From an uncultured Chloroflexia bacterium (GTDB lineage Bacteria > Chloroflexota > Dehalococcoidia > GIF9 > AB-539-J10), in assembly GCA_963726175.1 (NCBI GenBank), contig CAVSBM010000010.1, positions 107,155-171,154 of the forward strand: DNA of 64,000 bases, given 5' to 3'. This document shows, piece after piece, positions 10,502 through 20,421 of this stretch. The translations under genes were made by a program, and so were the position numbers. A model generated the notes under the pieces. The model made no database searches, had not been told where the DNA came from, and was given only the letters and a program-made list of their open reading frames with translations. How positions within the stretch are numbered: the stretch's first letter is position 1; every line of letters starts with the position of its first letter.

Positions 10502-11647
10502 ATGCCTCACCCTAAATTCAAAGAAATTGAACGCGCTTACGGATTCGATGAAGTCGCACTTGTGCCAGGAGACGTAACCCTCAATCCTGACCAAACCGAT
10601 ATAGACTTTACCGTAAGAGACTATACCTTGTCCATTCCCATCCTCGCCTCAGCTATGGATGCTATCGTTGACACCGCCTTTGCTATTAAGTTTAGCAAGC
10701 TTGGCGGGCTAGCCGTCCTTAATCTGGAAGGTGTACAGACACGGTACGAAAACGCTGATGAGATCCTAGGCCAGATTGCCCGAACCTCCGAAAAAGACGT
10801 TACGTCCCTTCTTCAAAAAGTTTACTCCGAGCCCATCAAGGAAAAGCTCATCAGCCAGCGCATTGGAGCAATAAGACAGGCTGGGGCTATCTGTGCCGTA
10901 TCTGTAACTCCAGCCAACACCAAACGCCTGGCCCCCATAGCCAAGGATGCTGGGATGGATATACTCGTCGTGCAGTCTACCGTCACCACGGCCCGGCATA
11001 TCTCTAAGAGCTATCGTGGACTCATCCTGCCCGAGCTGTGCCAACAAATGGACTTGCCTGTCATAGTGGGTAATTGTTGTACCTACAGCGCAGCACTGGA
11101 ACTAATGAGAACAGGAATTGATGGCATCCTGGTCGGAGTGGGACCCGGAGCTGCTTGTACCACCCGTGAAGTTATTGGCGTCGGAGTTCCTCAGATAACT
11201 GCCACTCTGCATTGTGCCGCTGCTAGAGACGCGTATCTCAAGGAGAATGGTAAATACGTAGCAGTGATAACAGATGGCGGTATTCGCACAGGTGGTGACT
11301 TATGCAAGGCGTTTGCCGCCGGCGCCGACGCTGTAATGATTGGCTCGCCTTTAGCTCAGGCGACAGAAGCGCCAGGCAAAGGCTATCACTGGGGCATGTC
11401 TCATTCCCATCCGGCATTGCCTAGAGGGACACGCGTTAGAGTTGGCACTACCGCTTCATTAGAGCAAATTCTCTTCGGTCCTACTTCCGTCACCAACGGC
11501 ACTCAAAACCTGGTTGGCGCTCTACGCACTAGTATGGGAGTGTGTAGTGCCCGAACCATCAGAGAAATGCATAAAGTCAAGATGGTTATTGCCCCGTCTA
11601 TAAAGACTGAAGGGAAATACTTTCAGGCAACCCAGAATGTCCCTTGA
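10502..11647 (+). CDS. IMP dehydrogenase-family protein (short GuaB3-like, no CBS domains)
   Basis: ASAMD, GVGPGAACTTR, DGGIRTGGD, GADAVMIGS. Confidence 0.9.
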   Translation: MPHPKFKEIERAYGFDEVALVPGDVTLNPDQTDIDFTVRDYTLSIPILASAMDAIVDTAFAIKFSKLGGLAVLNLEGVQTRYENADEILGQIARTSEKDVTSLLQKVYSEPIKEKLISQRIGAIRQAGAICAVSVTPANTKRLAPIAKDAGMDILVVQSTVTTARHISKSYRGLILPELCQQMDLPVIVGNCCTYSAALELMRTGIDGILVGVGPGAACTTREVIGVGVPQITATLHCAAARDAYLKENGKYVAVITDGGIRTGGDLCKAFAAGADAVMIGSPLAQATEAPGKGYHWGMSHSHPALPRGTRVRVGTTASLEQILFGPTSVTNGTQNLVGALRTSMGVCSARTIREMHKVKMVIAPSIKTEGKYFQATQNVP

Positions 11648-11649
11648 GT

Positions 11650-12261
11650 TTACAGAAACGCAGAAATACAAAACCAGACCCCAAAGCCGGCTAGAATCAG
11701 AGCACAGACACTAAACACAATTCTCTGCACCTTCTGTGTCCACCATCGCCTTGACCCGAACGTGCCTACAGACAGAAATTCGCTCCACGCCAAGTCGAAG
11801 GGCAAATGCACCACAGCAAGCAAGACAACGCCGACAAGCCCGAACTTGGCAGCACCAGTCACTAAAACTGCACCCGCAGTCGCCCACCATATGTAAAAAG
11901 CCGGGTTAGTCCCCGTAATGACAATGCCTGTCACCAAAGGGCTGGCTGGTAGACCACCGACTGCACCACGTGTCTCACCAGTGACTCGAAACATTCGAAA
12001 ACCCAAGTAGAGCAGCACCAAACCACCAACAAGATATAGAACCTTTTTCACCTCCGGAGAGTCGATGGAATGCCCCACAAAATAGATTACAGCTATGAGA
12101 GGTATCTCAATAACAGCGTGTCCAGCTGCGATCCAGGCACCAGCGTGTTTGTCACTATAGCCCTTAGCTATCGTAGCCGCGGTCATCGGTCCGGGCAACA
12201 TAACACCAGTGAGAGAAATTCCCGCTACCATTAACAAGAATTGGCCCAGGCTTGTCTCCAT
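11650..12261 (-). CDS. LysE-family translocator
   Basis: PGP motif near N-terminus, LLYLG, TNPAFYIWW, six hydrophobic segments. Confidence 0.85.
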   Translation of the reverse strand: METSLGQFLLMVAGISLTGVMLPGPMTAATIAKGYSDKHAGAWIAAGHAVIEIPLIAVIYFVGHSIDSPEVKKVLYLVGGLVLLYLGFRMFRVTGETRGAVGGLPASPLVTGIVITGTNPAFYIWWATAGAVLVTGAAKFGLVGVVLLAVVHLPFDLAWSEFLSVGTFGSRRWWTQKVQRIVFSVCALILAGFGVWFCISAFL

Positions 12262-12285
12262 GACTTACTTCGGGCAGAACCGGGC

Positions 12286-13059
12286 TCAGACTAGATCTTC
12301 CTCTTGCTCTTCATTCTCATCCCCAACCACACCCTCCCCATAACGAGGAAGCATTACACCTGCCCTCGGTCGCCTACCTCTGGCTCCTCTGGGCAAATCT
12401 CCGATCGTCTTCTTCAACTCCGCCAACGCCTGAGCCGACTGCGTTAAGGGAGTAACTACGCCATCCACTCCGCCTTGCCATAAGCTTGTCAGCTCCTCCT
12501 TTGTGGCCAAAGAAGGCAAAGCTACTATAACCGGCTTCTCCAAGAGCTCCACGAATCTTCGACAGACAAGCAGATACTCCACAGCCACAAAAGAATCGCC
12601 GCCCCTAGTGCTAATGAACACACCATCCACATCAAACCTATTGATCGCCCTCACAAGACCTTCATCCAAGGAAGGCTCTATCGTCAAGAACTTGCCCACT
12701 TCTTTTTTGCTCAGGATTCCTGCCGCTGCCTTAACATCAAAGACCACAAAGTCACACCCCAAGCCCGCAAGCTCATCGATTTCCTTTTCGTTCATGCCTT
12801 TCACAAATACCCCGAGAGGGACATCGCCGACAGCTTCGACCACCTGCCCAACAGCCTTGGCACTTGTCCCTTCACTCACAATCAACCCAGCATCGGCATG
12901 GACCTCAGCCACGACTTTGGCTTCCTGGACCTGTCTCCCGGACAGTCCCACAACAAGCAACATTGCGGGGCTTTTTACCTCGGAGACAGCGGGATGAAAA
13001 CCTATGGGCGCGGTTGACGACCTGGAAAGACTCTGCAATTTATCTACAAATTTGCTCAT
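12286..13059 (-). CDS. Hypothetical protein, alpha/beta (TIM-barrel-like) pattern with acidic tail
   Basis: 257-aa ORF with GCDFVVF and GVDGVV strand motifs; starts 9 nt after tRNA-Thr. Confidence 0.75.
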   Translation of the reverse strand: MSKFVDKLQSLSRSSTAPIGFHPAVSEVKSPAMLLVVGLSGRQVQEAKVVAEVHADAGLIVSEGTSAKAVGQVVEAVGDVPLGVFVKGMNEKEIDELAGLGCDFVVFDVKAAAGILSKKEVGKFLTIEPSLDEGLVRAINRFDVDGVFISTRGGDSFVAVEYLLVCRRFVELLEKPVIVALPSLATKEELTSLWQGGVDGVVTPLTQSAQALAELKKTIGDLPRGARGRRPRAGVMLPRYGEGVVGDENEEQEEDLV

Positions 13060-13068
13060 GTTACCCCC

Positions 13069-13140
13069 AGCCAGCGGTCGGATTCGAACCGACGACCGAC
13101 GGTTTACGAAACCGCTGCTCTACCCCTGAGCTACGCTGGC
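13069..13140 (-). tRNA. tRNA-Thr(CGT), CCA not encoded
   Basis: GCCAGCG acceptor stem pairs with CGCTGGC; anticodon loop TT-CGT-AA; T-loop GGTTCGAATCC. Confidence 0.96.
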
Positions 13141-13180
13141 ATTTGAAGCTAAACTGCAAAAAGTTGGTGTGAATTTGGTG

Positions 13181-13636
13181 TTAAACTTTTCCAACACCGT
13201 TGACGCCAGCCGGTAAGACTTCGTCCGGTAACGCCATAGCCTCTTTTTGCATATGCGGTAGTATATGAGAATACACGTCCATTGTAAAGGCAACGCTGGA
13301 AGAATCGCCTGGAGCTTCAGATATAACCTTTGGCGCAACGCCGTTCAATAACATCAGCCTGGCAAAGCTATGCCTCAGGTCATGGAAGCGAACACCCTTC
13401 AGGCCAGCTTTCCCTGCTATCTTTGCGAAGGTATGGCTCAAAAAGCTAGGGTCAAGAGGTTTGCCCTCGATGTTGGAAAATATCAGGTCGTCAACCGTTG
13501 TGGTTTTGCCCAATTGGTGACAAAGCTGCTCACACTCTAGCCGGTATTCGCCTAAGAACTCTGCCAGTTTATCTGTCATAAGAACTCTGCGGCGGCTGTC
13601 TTCTGTTTTTGGTTTGTTAAACTGATAGACAGCCAC
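13181..13636 (-). pseudogene. Tyrosine integrase C-terminal remnant
   Basis: RFHDLRHS and VYSH present, LGHS box altered to PGDS, N-terminal domains absent. Confidence 0.85.
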
Positions 13637-13703
13637 GCCTCTTGTATAATACCTGATTAACCGATATTGAGCGAGACGCTATATCAACATCACGCCAGCG
13701 GTC

Positions 13704-13883
13704 ATGATAGCCGTCCAGGATGATGCGGACAGCGAAGCTGCGCTAGAAAGGGCGAAGGCTGAATACAAAGAAGAGCATCCTGAGTGGCAAGGCGACAGGA
13801 TTTGTCTGATACTGGTGGTTAGCAGCGCCGAGGTAAGAGATGACATCCTCTCCACAATCGCAAAGCTGAGTGACAAAGGTTGA
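13704..13883 (+). CDS. Small hypothetical protein (possible mobile-element remnant)
   Basis: 59-aa ORF MIAVQDDADSEAALERAKAEYKEEHPEW..., followed by a terminator-like hairpin. Confidence 0.4.
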   Translation: MIAVQDDADSEAALERAKAEYKEEHPEWQGDRICLILVVSSAEVRDDILSTIAKLSDKG

Positions 13884-13887
13884 GGCG

Positions 13888-13923
13888 AAAAACAGGGCTG
13901 GCTCTTATGCTGGCCCTGGTTTT
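13888..13923 (+). terminator. Putative intrinsic terminator
   Basis: CAGGGCTGGC-TCTTAT-GCTGGCCCTG stem (G-U pairs) with T tract. Confidence 0.55.
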
Positions 13924-14301
13924 CCTTGGCGAGTTGTGATGTAACAATGAGACCAAGGCAGGAGAGAATTCATGTAGGGTTCATGTTGGTGTGTTAGCAT
14001 ATATTATTCTTTTCATTGTTCTTCTTTCCTTTGGGGTCCCGGTAGCTGAGCCGGGACCTCTGACTTTACGACAAACCACGCTCTGAGAGGCCAAAAAACA
14101 GGCATGGCCGGGGTTTTGGGTGTTGAGCTAGGGGTCGCTAGGCCTATGTGACTAGGATATCAGCAAGCGGAGAGTCAAAAGCCTGAACTCAGCATCTTCC
14201 TGGGCAGAGTCAGCAATTCGGTCACGGCAATAGAGGAAAAAGACTGGTAGAGAAGTCAAGTCAGGCCTTTCCGCCCAGGAAGAGCCAGGATATATCAACC
14301 T

Positions 14302-15201
14302 CTACATGCTACCCAGGATCATCGCCAGGCAGATGAGGGACCCCATGCCCATCATGCACACAAGGGTCAGAATGTAGGCCAGCCTGGGGCTGGGGCGGGT
14401 AGCGAAAAGCCACGCGCACACCAAACCCACGGCGACAAAAGCCAGATCAAGGTGTAGATAGATTGGTCTAAATTCACCTGTGAAGTACGTAGCCAGGCTC
14501 AGGACATACGCTATGAGTAAGCAGATGGCTGTGAACTGGGCAGTACGCTTTATTCCATAGCGCTTAGGCAGAGTCTGCACGCGAGTAACTTTATCCTGTG
14601 GGAAATCGCGGATATCGATCATCCCTCGCCCGCCAAACATGGCGAAAAAGAACATGCCGGCTAAGAGCCCCAATCCCAAGCTCAGGCGGCCGCTGACGCC
14701 TCCCATAAGCGCATAGAGGCCTTGAAGCAAGCCAAGAGTAAGTGCACGAGTTAGAGGACGCTCAAAAAGATGTAGTGCCAGGCCTGCGATGATGGCTAGA
14801 ATGATACTCCATGGCAACAGAGCCCAAGGAGCAACCAGAAGTGTCGTAGCAAAGCTAATGGCGATGAAAATCATTGAAAAGGCGAGCCCTATCGATGGAG
14901 ATAGGGAGCCATCCGTCAGAGGATTGTGGCGCATCTCTGCCCGAGGCCCCTCGGCATCCAAGTCACGATCCGCATAGAAGTCTAAAGAGAAGCCACCCAC
15001 AGCCAAACACCAACCTGCCAGGGTCATCCATATTGCGTTTGTCACCCCGGCGTTGGCAGTGAAGGCTGCCGCACCAGCAATCATAGCCACCATCACGGTG
15101 CGATTGAGGCGCAGTAGCCAAAAGAAGGCTAAAGGTTTAGAAAAACGCGCTTCACGTTCAGCCACGTCGTTTCGCTCAAGGCACTGCCCGGGCACCCCCA
15201 A
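14302..15201 (-). CDS. UbiA-family prenyltransferase
   Basis: Asp-rich DFYADRDLD..R.NPL and DIRDFPQD..TLP.RYG motifs, multi-TM. Confidence 0.85.
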   Translation of the reverse strand: MGVPGQCLERNDVAEREARFSKPLAFFWLLRLNRTVMVAMIAGAAAFTANAGVTNAIWMTLAGWCLAVGGFSLDFYADRDLDAEGPRAEMRHNPLTDGSLSPSIGLAFSMIFIAISFATTLLVAPWALLPWSIILAIIAGLALHLFERPLTRALTLGLLQGLYALMGGVSGRLSLGLGLLAGMFFFAMFGGRGMIDIRDFPQDKVTRVQTLPKRYGIKRTAQFTAICLLIAYVLSLATYFTGEFRPIYLHLDLAFVAVGLVCAWLFATRPSPRLAYILTLVCMMGMGSLICLAMILGSM

Positions 15202-15282
15202 GTATAGCAGTCTGATAAGTCAGTATAAACGTGCTTGTTTTGCAGGTGCTTCTCTCATCTTTCAGACTAGTGAGTTGCAGAA
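15200..15282. repeat. 83-bp upstream segment, copy 1 (copy 2 at 17049-17131)
   Basis: Gapless manual alignment, 62/83 identical; includes minus-strand TATACT box. Confidence 0.75.
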
Positions 15283-15308
15283 GCAGCTAGAATGCTCACT
15301 TCCCAGGA

Positions 15309-16136
15309 TTATCGCCACTGGACAACTATGGATTCCCTTCGGAAGAGACGGACCGCAGCCCGCAGCGTTATGAAATCCGCGATGCCTACCGCCAGCGCCA
15401 GCAAGAGAATCAGCAAAGGCGTGAACCACACAATTCCGGTGATCTGAATGCCAATGAGAGCAAACACGGGGAAGATGATGAGCAGAGCTGTGTTCTGCGC
15501 GCCCCGGGGGTCCTTTGCACGTGAAGAGCCAGCAACTCCCAGCATGAAGCTCAGAATCGCCACCGCAGGGGTAAGCAGGAATAAGGTAAGAAACCATCCG
15601 GCTGTGACCACGTATCCGATTAGGTCTCCCCAGCCCAACCCCAATGCCACCAGCAAGAAGACCCCGGCCGAGATCCAGGTCATCACCAGGGCCGGTATCG
15701 CTCCCGCCAGTGCCTTCCCTAACAGGAGCTCCCATGTTTTGACCGGTGTTGCCAGGAGAGCTTCAAGACTGCCGGATAGCTTCTCGTCAACAATGCTGAA
15801 GGTCGCCACGCTCATTGCAATCATGGTCGGGATGAGGAGGAGGAAGAAGTTGAATTGACTGAGCAGCAGCACAAGAAGCTGTTCATTGCCTGGCAGCTGA
15901 GCCACCCCGGGTATTGCCTCAACAAGTTTTTGCAGTGCAGTTTGAAACACTTGAGTGGTCAGCATGCTCCCGCCCGCGAACCTGGAAGCCAGCCAGATGT
16001 AAAGTATTCCCTGCCCCACAACCAAGAACGGAAGCAACGTTACGACAAAAGCGCTGTTGAGGTCTGTAAACAGTAGTACCCACTCCTTCAGCAGAATGTT
16101 CCGAATGCGTCTACGACTCATTTTGATTTTCCTCAC
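15309..16136 (-). CDS. ABC-2 type transporter permease
   Basis: IVDEK..GSLEALLATPV..ELLLGK motif, six TM. Confidence 0.9.
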   Translation of the reverse strand: MRKIKMSRRRIRNILLKEWVLLFTDLNSAFVVTLLPFLVVGQGILYIWLASRFAGGSMLTTQVFQTALQKLVEAIPGVAQLPGNEQLLVLLLSQFNFFLLLIPTMIAMSVATFSIVDEKLSGSLEALLATPVKTWELLLGKALAGAIPALVMTWISAGVFLLVALGLGWGDLIGYVVTAGWFLTLFLLTPAVAILSFMLGVAGSSRAKDPRGAQNTALLIIFPVFALIGIQITGIVWFTPLLILLLALAVGIADFITLRAAVRLFRRESIVVQWR

Positions 16137-17040
16137 GGATCAGTCTTAAGTAAACCTCCTCAAGAGGGTACTGCTTTTCAGAGACGGCAATCACCCTCCC
16201 TCCCGCTTCCACAATTGCCTTCACCAGCTCAGGGCGGTTACGCTCCGAGTCGGTCAGTTCCAAGATAAGCTGACTTCCTTCCTCACGGACATCCTGGACA
16301 AATGGGAGCCTTTTTACTATCTCCATGACTTCTGCATCCAAAGCTTCCAGCTGTACTATTATCTGGCGGCGGAAGAAGCGTCGGCGCAGTTGCTCCGCGG
16401 TATCCAGAGCCAGAAGCTTGGTATGAATCACGGCAATGCGGCTGCAGAGCACTTCCGCCTCATTGAGATTATGGGTAGAGAGAAAGATAGTGCGTCCTTC
16501 TTCACGCAGGGTGCGAATCAACCGACGTACTTCTCCTGCTGCTTCGGGGTCCAGTCCGGCAGTGGGCTCATCCAGGAATAACACCTTCGGCTCGTGCACC
16601 AGAGCCCGAGCCAGCGCCAGCCTTTGCTTCATTCCCTTTGAGAATGTGCCGACCTTGCTATCGCGTCGATCCCACAGACCCATGAGTTTGACGTATTTCT
16701 CCACCTGAGACTGCGGCTCAATGGATGGATAAAAACTGGCAAAATATTCCAGGTTGCGCCTTGCGCTAAGCCGATCGTATAAGCCGGGCGTCTGTGTAAG
16801 CATACCAATCACCTCGTGCAGCTGTTCTACATCCCGGTCAGTTCTATGACCAGCCACGATGGCATAACCCTTCGTGGGTTGGATCATTCCGGCCAGCATA
16901 CGAATGGTGGTCGTTTTCCCTGCTCCATTGGGACCCAGAAAGCCTAGAACTTCACCAGCTTCGATTGCCAGGGTCAGGTCTTCGACTGCGGCGGTTTTCC
17001 CGAAGTGTCGAGAAAGGCCAAATGTCTCAATTATTGCCAT
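16111..17040 (-). CDS. ABC transporter ATP-binding protein
   Basis: [23 protein letters not shown]. Confidence 0.95.
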   Translation of the reverse strand: MAIIETFGLSRHFGKTAAVEDLTLAIEAGEVLGFLGPNGAGKTTTIRMLAGMIQPTKGYAIVAGHRTDRDVEQLHEVIGMLTQTPGLYDRLSARRNLEYFASFYPSIEPQSQVEKYVKLMGLWDRRDSKVGTFSKGMKQRLALARALVHEPKVLFLDEPTAGLDPEAAGEVRRLIRTLREEGRTIFLSTHNLNEAEVLCSRIAVIHTKLLALDTAEQLRRRFFRRQIIVQLEALDAEVMEIVKRLPFVQDVREEGSQLILELTDSERNRPELVKAIVEAGGRVIAVSEKQYPLEEVYLRLIREENQNES

Positions 17041-17048
17041 GCACCGCT

Positions 17049-17131
17049 AAGTATATCAGCCTCCTAAGTGAGTATAAACAGGGATGGTTTTCAAGCGTTT
17101 CTTTCAGCTTTCAGAGTATGGAATTGCACAA
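17049..17131. repeat. 83-bp upstream segment, copy 2
   Basis: Aligns with 15200-15282; lies directly 5' of the ABC ATPase start. Confidence 0.75.
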
Positions 17132-17327
17132 ACCACTATCTTGTTGGATACTTTTCTACTAAATTGTTACCATTTAACAAACATGGGGATGTCTGTTAAG
17201 CGATGCGTACAAATATTTGATGCCGTTGGCCTCTTCGATAAAATAACAGCTATTGAAGTACCGAAGTCGGGATAGGACTTATATCATAGTCGACTACTGA
17301 CCTAATTAGTGGTAGCGCGTCGGGGTA

Positions 17328-17744
17328 CTACAGTTTGAACTTTCCCTTTAGATACGTGTCTCTTACGCTTGTAGCCTTTGTTTCTGCCCATGGCTCTAGT
17401 CCCATCTTCTTTATCAAGGCCAGATTGAAAACTTTGCAATTGTGTATACCTTCGGATGCAAAATCTGCATACGGGTGAAGATAGTCACATGGAAAATCTG
17501 AACAGTCAGAACACATACTGAGACCTTTTTTCGTTATGCACTTATACACACTACATGGCTCAGTCATATTGATAGCTCCTATTGTCCCGTCTTCGTCACG
17601 ACACCCACGGCAAACGGCCCGTTCAAAGGAAATACCAAATCTCTTGGAAACTTTATTTCGCAGATCTTTGTCCGTATTTGCTAAGTACAATATACAGTTG
17701 AAACAATCCATCCCACAAGGCGCCGTCATCCGTTGGTAATCCAT
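17328..17744 (-). CDS. DUF3795-like Cys-rich protein
   Basis: APCGMDC..C, C.GCR, C.VY.C, CSDC.DFPC. Confidence 0.85.
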   Translation of the reverse strand: MDYQRMTAPCGMDCFNCILYLANTDKDLRNKVSKRFGISFERAVCRGCRDEDGTIGAINMTEPCSVYKCITKKGLSMCSDCSDFPCDYLHPYADFASEGIHNCKVFNLALIKKMGLEPWAETKATSVRDTYLKGKFKL

Positions 17745-17974
17745 AGAAGACCACTTTTATTACATCCGAGTGTAATTCAATATATTTGTTCCAAGTATAT
17801 CACGCCATCGGGATGTCGACATGCGCTCAACCGCAAGAAGTTCTTTTTCTCACGCAGAATCAGTGTGACAAATCCAGTAATTGTTGGTCGCATTTGAGTT
17901 CTACCAATTGATAACTTCGGGGCTTCATTCTTAATGTACCTGAAGCTAGGGTATTTGAACCAGAAAAACAAAAA

Positions 17975-18025
17975 CGGCAGGAAAGGGATTTGAACCCGCA
18001 ACCAAGTGCTTATGAGTCCCAGTCT
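17975..18025 (-). pseudogene. Degenerate 3' half of a CAT-anticodon tRNA (possible att remnant)
   Basis: Minus strand GGGACTCATAAGCACTTGGTTGCGGGTTCAAATCCCTTTCCTGCCG: CT-CAT-AA loop and GGTTCAAATCC T-arm; no D-arm or 5' strand. Confidence 0.6.
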
Positions 18026-18078
18026 TTGTAGTATTGTCTTCTATCTTGTCTGGTATCCTATCTTCCCTTTACTAACTA

Positions 18079-18577
18079 CTAAACGCTGGTATTTTTGGCA
18101 AAATGTATGTCTTTGTCTGGCCAGGCACAGGCAGAGCCAGCACCTCCGATAGTGCCGTCTTCCCGTAGTATGATGGTATTAGGATTAGGCAGGCAATTCC
18201 TCACTAGTATTGGATTATTAAAGGTCATTCCTCCGATTGATAGGTTACTACTTTGGATGTCGAGAACCTCCATTCAGGTTGACCCAATATTGGATGGGCA
18301 TCCAGCTGGCCAGTCTTGCTTCTTTCTCGACACAAACATAGTGACTAATTGAGAGCCATCCTGCTAATTCTATTACTATTGTGTTCGATTCGCGCTCCAC
18401 AACCAATGTTTCGATTCCACTTATTGTTGCTATATTCGACTCACTGTGAATATCGATAACAATGTATTCGCCCGGTTCGACTTCGGCCCGCCTATCGACT
18501 GAGCATCCTAATGGAGTAGTCAGAACTACTGCGATGAGTGAGCCAACAGTGAACTTCTTCATAGTTTTCTCATTCAT
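18079..18577 (-). pseudogene. Disrupted lipoprotein
   Basis: Lipobox-like PLGC; +1 shift near 18360 then in-frame TGA at 18274-18276 (GCPSNIGST*MEVLDI). Confidence 0.55.
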
Positions 18578-18918
18578 CTTGTTAAGCTTCTAATATAAAG
18601 ATAAAAGATAATCCGGTAGAAGTCAAGACTAGGGGATTGGGAATTGAATTTCCTGGAGATAATCAAACTCGCAATAATTAGGTCAGATTTGAGCCCTTCA
18701 ATCTTTCTAAGTATCCCCGGTAAAAGGGCAATTACCGATAGCTAAGAAGAGTGACGAGTAACAAAAGTCAGTTTTGTTGGGTCACTTTTCGCTAGGACGT
18801 TTATTCAAGGTCCGATTAATATGCTAAGATAGAATTTACAACATGGTCACAATACAGCAATTATCCCGAGGTCGATGGGATTTCAACACTAAATACATCA
18901 TATAGGGAGGTGCTACAG

Positions 18919-19503
18919 GTGTATGTAGTAGATGGTAAACCCTGGCTTTCTCGTCTAGCACTGGCGCTGGCTATCATCGCCTTAGTTCTAGCCATTGTGT
19001 TGCCAACGCGGATACCGGCAGGGCCACAGGGACTAAAGGGTGATACAGGAGCCACTGGACCCACGGGGCCCCAGGGACCAGAGGGACCAAAGGGTGATAC
19101 AGGAGCCACCGGGGCTATTGGAGCCACCGGACCCACGGGGCCTCAGGGACCTCAGGGACCAGAGGGTAAGCCAGGTGGTTTAGCTTGGGGGACACCCGCG
19201 AACTATGGTCCTTATACACTTGACATCGGCATTACGTATGGACGCCAGTCTATGTGGTCTATCAGGGCGGGCGACCTGGTGTCGTACACTTTCACCGTCT
19301 CCGGCAGTTCAGTTCGCTACTGGGTTCAGGACCCCCATGGTAATTTCATCCTGACTGGCTTTGCTGGTTCTGCTGTCATGGAAGGCAGCGGTGACTTCAT
19401 TGCGGCAAGTTCTGGGACGTACATGCTCTATTTTATGTCGACCGGGCTAGTCGCTCCTTCAGTACTCATAATCAATTACAGTATCTCCCCCGTGTATCAT
19501 TGA
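18919..19503 (+). CDS. Membrane-anchored collagen-like protein with C-terminal beta-sandwich
   Basis: TM helix, about 17 Gly-X-Y triplets, beta-rich C-domain; GGAGG upstream of GTG 18919. Confidence 0.85.
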   Translation: MYVVDGKPWLSRLALALAIIALVLAIVLPTRIPAGPQGLKGDTGATGPTGPQGPEGPKGDTGATGAIGATGPTGPQGPQGPEGKPGGLAWGTPANYGPYTLDIGITYGRQSMWSIRAGDLVSYTFTVSGSSVRYWVQDPHGNFILTGFAGSAVMEGSGDFIAASSGTYMLYFMSTGLVAPSVLIINYSISPVYH

Positions 19504-19818
19504 CAACTAAAGGATATGTGCTAGTTCCATGTGAGGTTTCTTACGCGTGTCAACAAGGGTGCTGACCACACATCACGATGGCAGCCAGGAATAGGGCAGC
19601 GGCCAAGCCCTCATAATCCTGCAGGATTTAGGCGGCTCCATTGACTACCATGATGGTCTCTGCGTCGCTATGGCGAAGGAGACTATGGTGTCACCATAGC
19701 GGAGCTGACAAATCATTAGGACTTGTCTCTAAAATTAGAAACATTATGTAGTTTAAGCTATTGCTTTTCGGTAGTCGGAAGTTTTATAATGAGCTGGCTG
19801 CTTTCGGAGAACTAAGGC

Positions 19819-20421
19819 ATGAAAGCAATTAAAGAGACACTAAAACCAGAGCAAGTCCTTGGTGAACAAGAGGAAACATCGACTTGGATTGAGAAAGCGC
19901 GTATTGAGGTAGAATTGTTACGCCGGCGGCTTGATCGGCTGGCGAAGTTACAGTCCCTTCTCAAAGAGAAGTACTATAGTAGATTAGATAGTCTCTTTGT
20001 CCAGCTTAGGGATATAGATATGCAACAGTGGGAGCTCAGAAGTCTGGCAAAGCAACTGAAAGGGAATGGCAAGAGGCAATCAATTAATAAGGAACAGATA
20101 GCCACCCTGGAGAGGGGTAAGAAAACCGTTATCGAAGTAATAAAACAGATTTTCAGATATAGAAAATCAAGTAATGCCGTGGCTAAAGTAATCGAAGAGG
20201 AACGGGAGATCCTTTTTCAGCGTGTTCATGACTTGGAGCATACGCTAGAGCTAGTAGAACAGGCTGAGCTAGATGAAAAAGAGTCGAAGATTGTCAGCCA
20301 GCGAATTTATGCCACGAAAAGATTGCTGGAAGACCATGAGATAGACCTCAGTAAAAGGACTATGGATTTGCTCTTCGAATTTTACATACCTTCCGGGAAT
20401 AACCACCGGGTTCAACTGTAA
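19819..20421 (+). CDS. Coiled-coil hypothetical protein
   Basis: 200 aa, E/K/L/R-rich heptad pattern, GGAG SD. Confidence 0.7.
   Translation: MKAIKETLKPEQVLGEQEETSTWIEKARIEVELLRRRLDRLAKLQSLLKEKYYSRLDSLFVQLRDIDMQQWELRSLAKQLKGNGKRQSINKEQIATLERGKKTVIEVIKQIFRYRKSSNAVAKVIEEEREILFQRVHDLEHTLELVEQAELDEKESKIVSQRIYATKRLLEDHEIDLSKRTMDLLFEFYIPSGNNHRVQL

Noticed and set aside
18274-18276. In-frame TGA as selenocysteine
   Set aside because: No redox motif or evident SECIS hairpin; gene lies in a decaying island and a CGA to TGA change suffices
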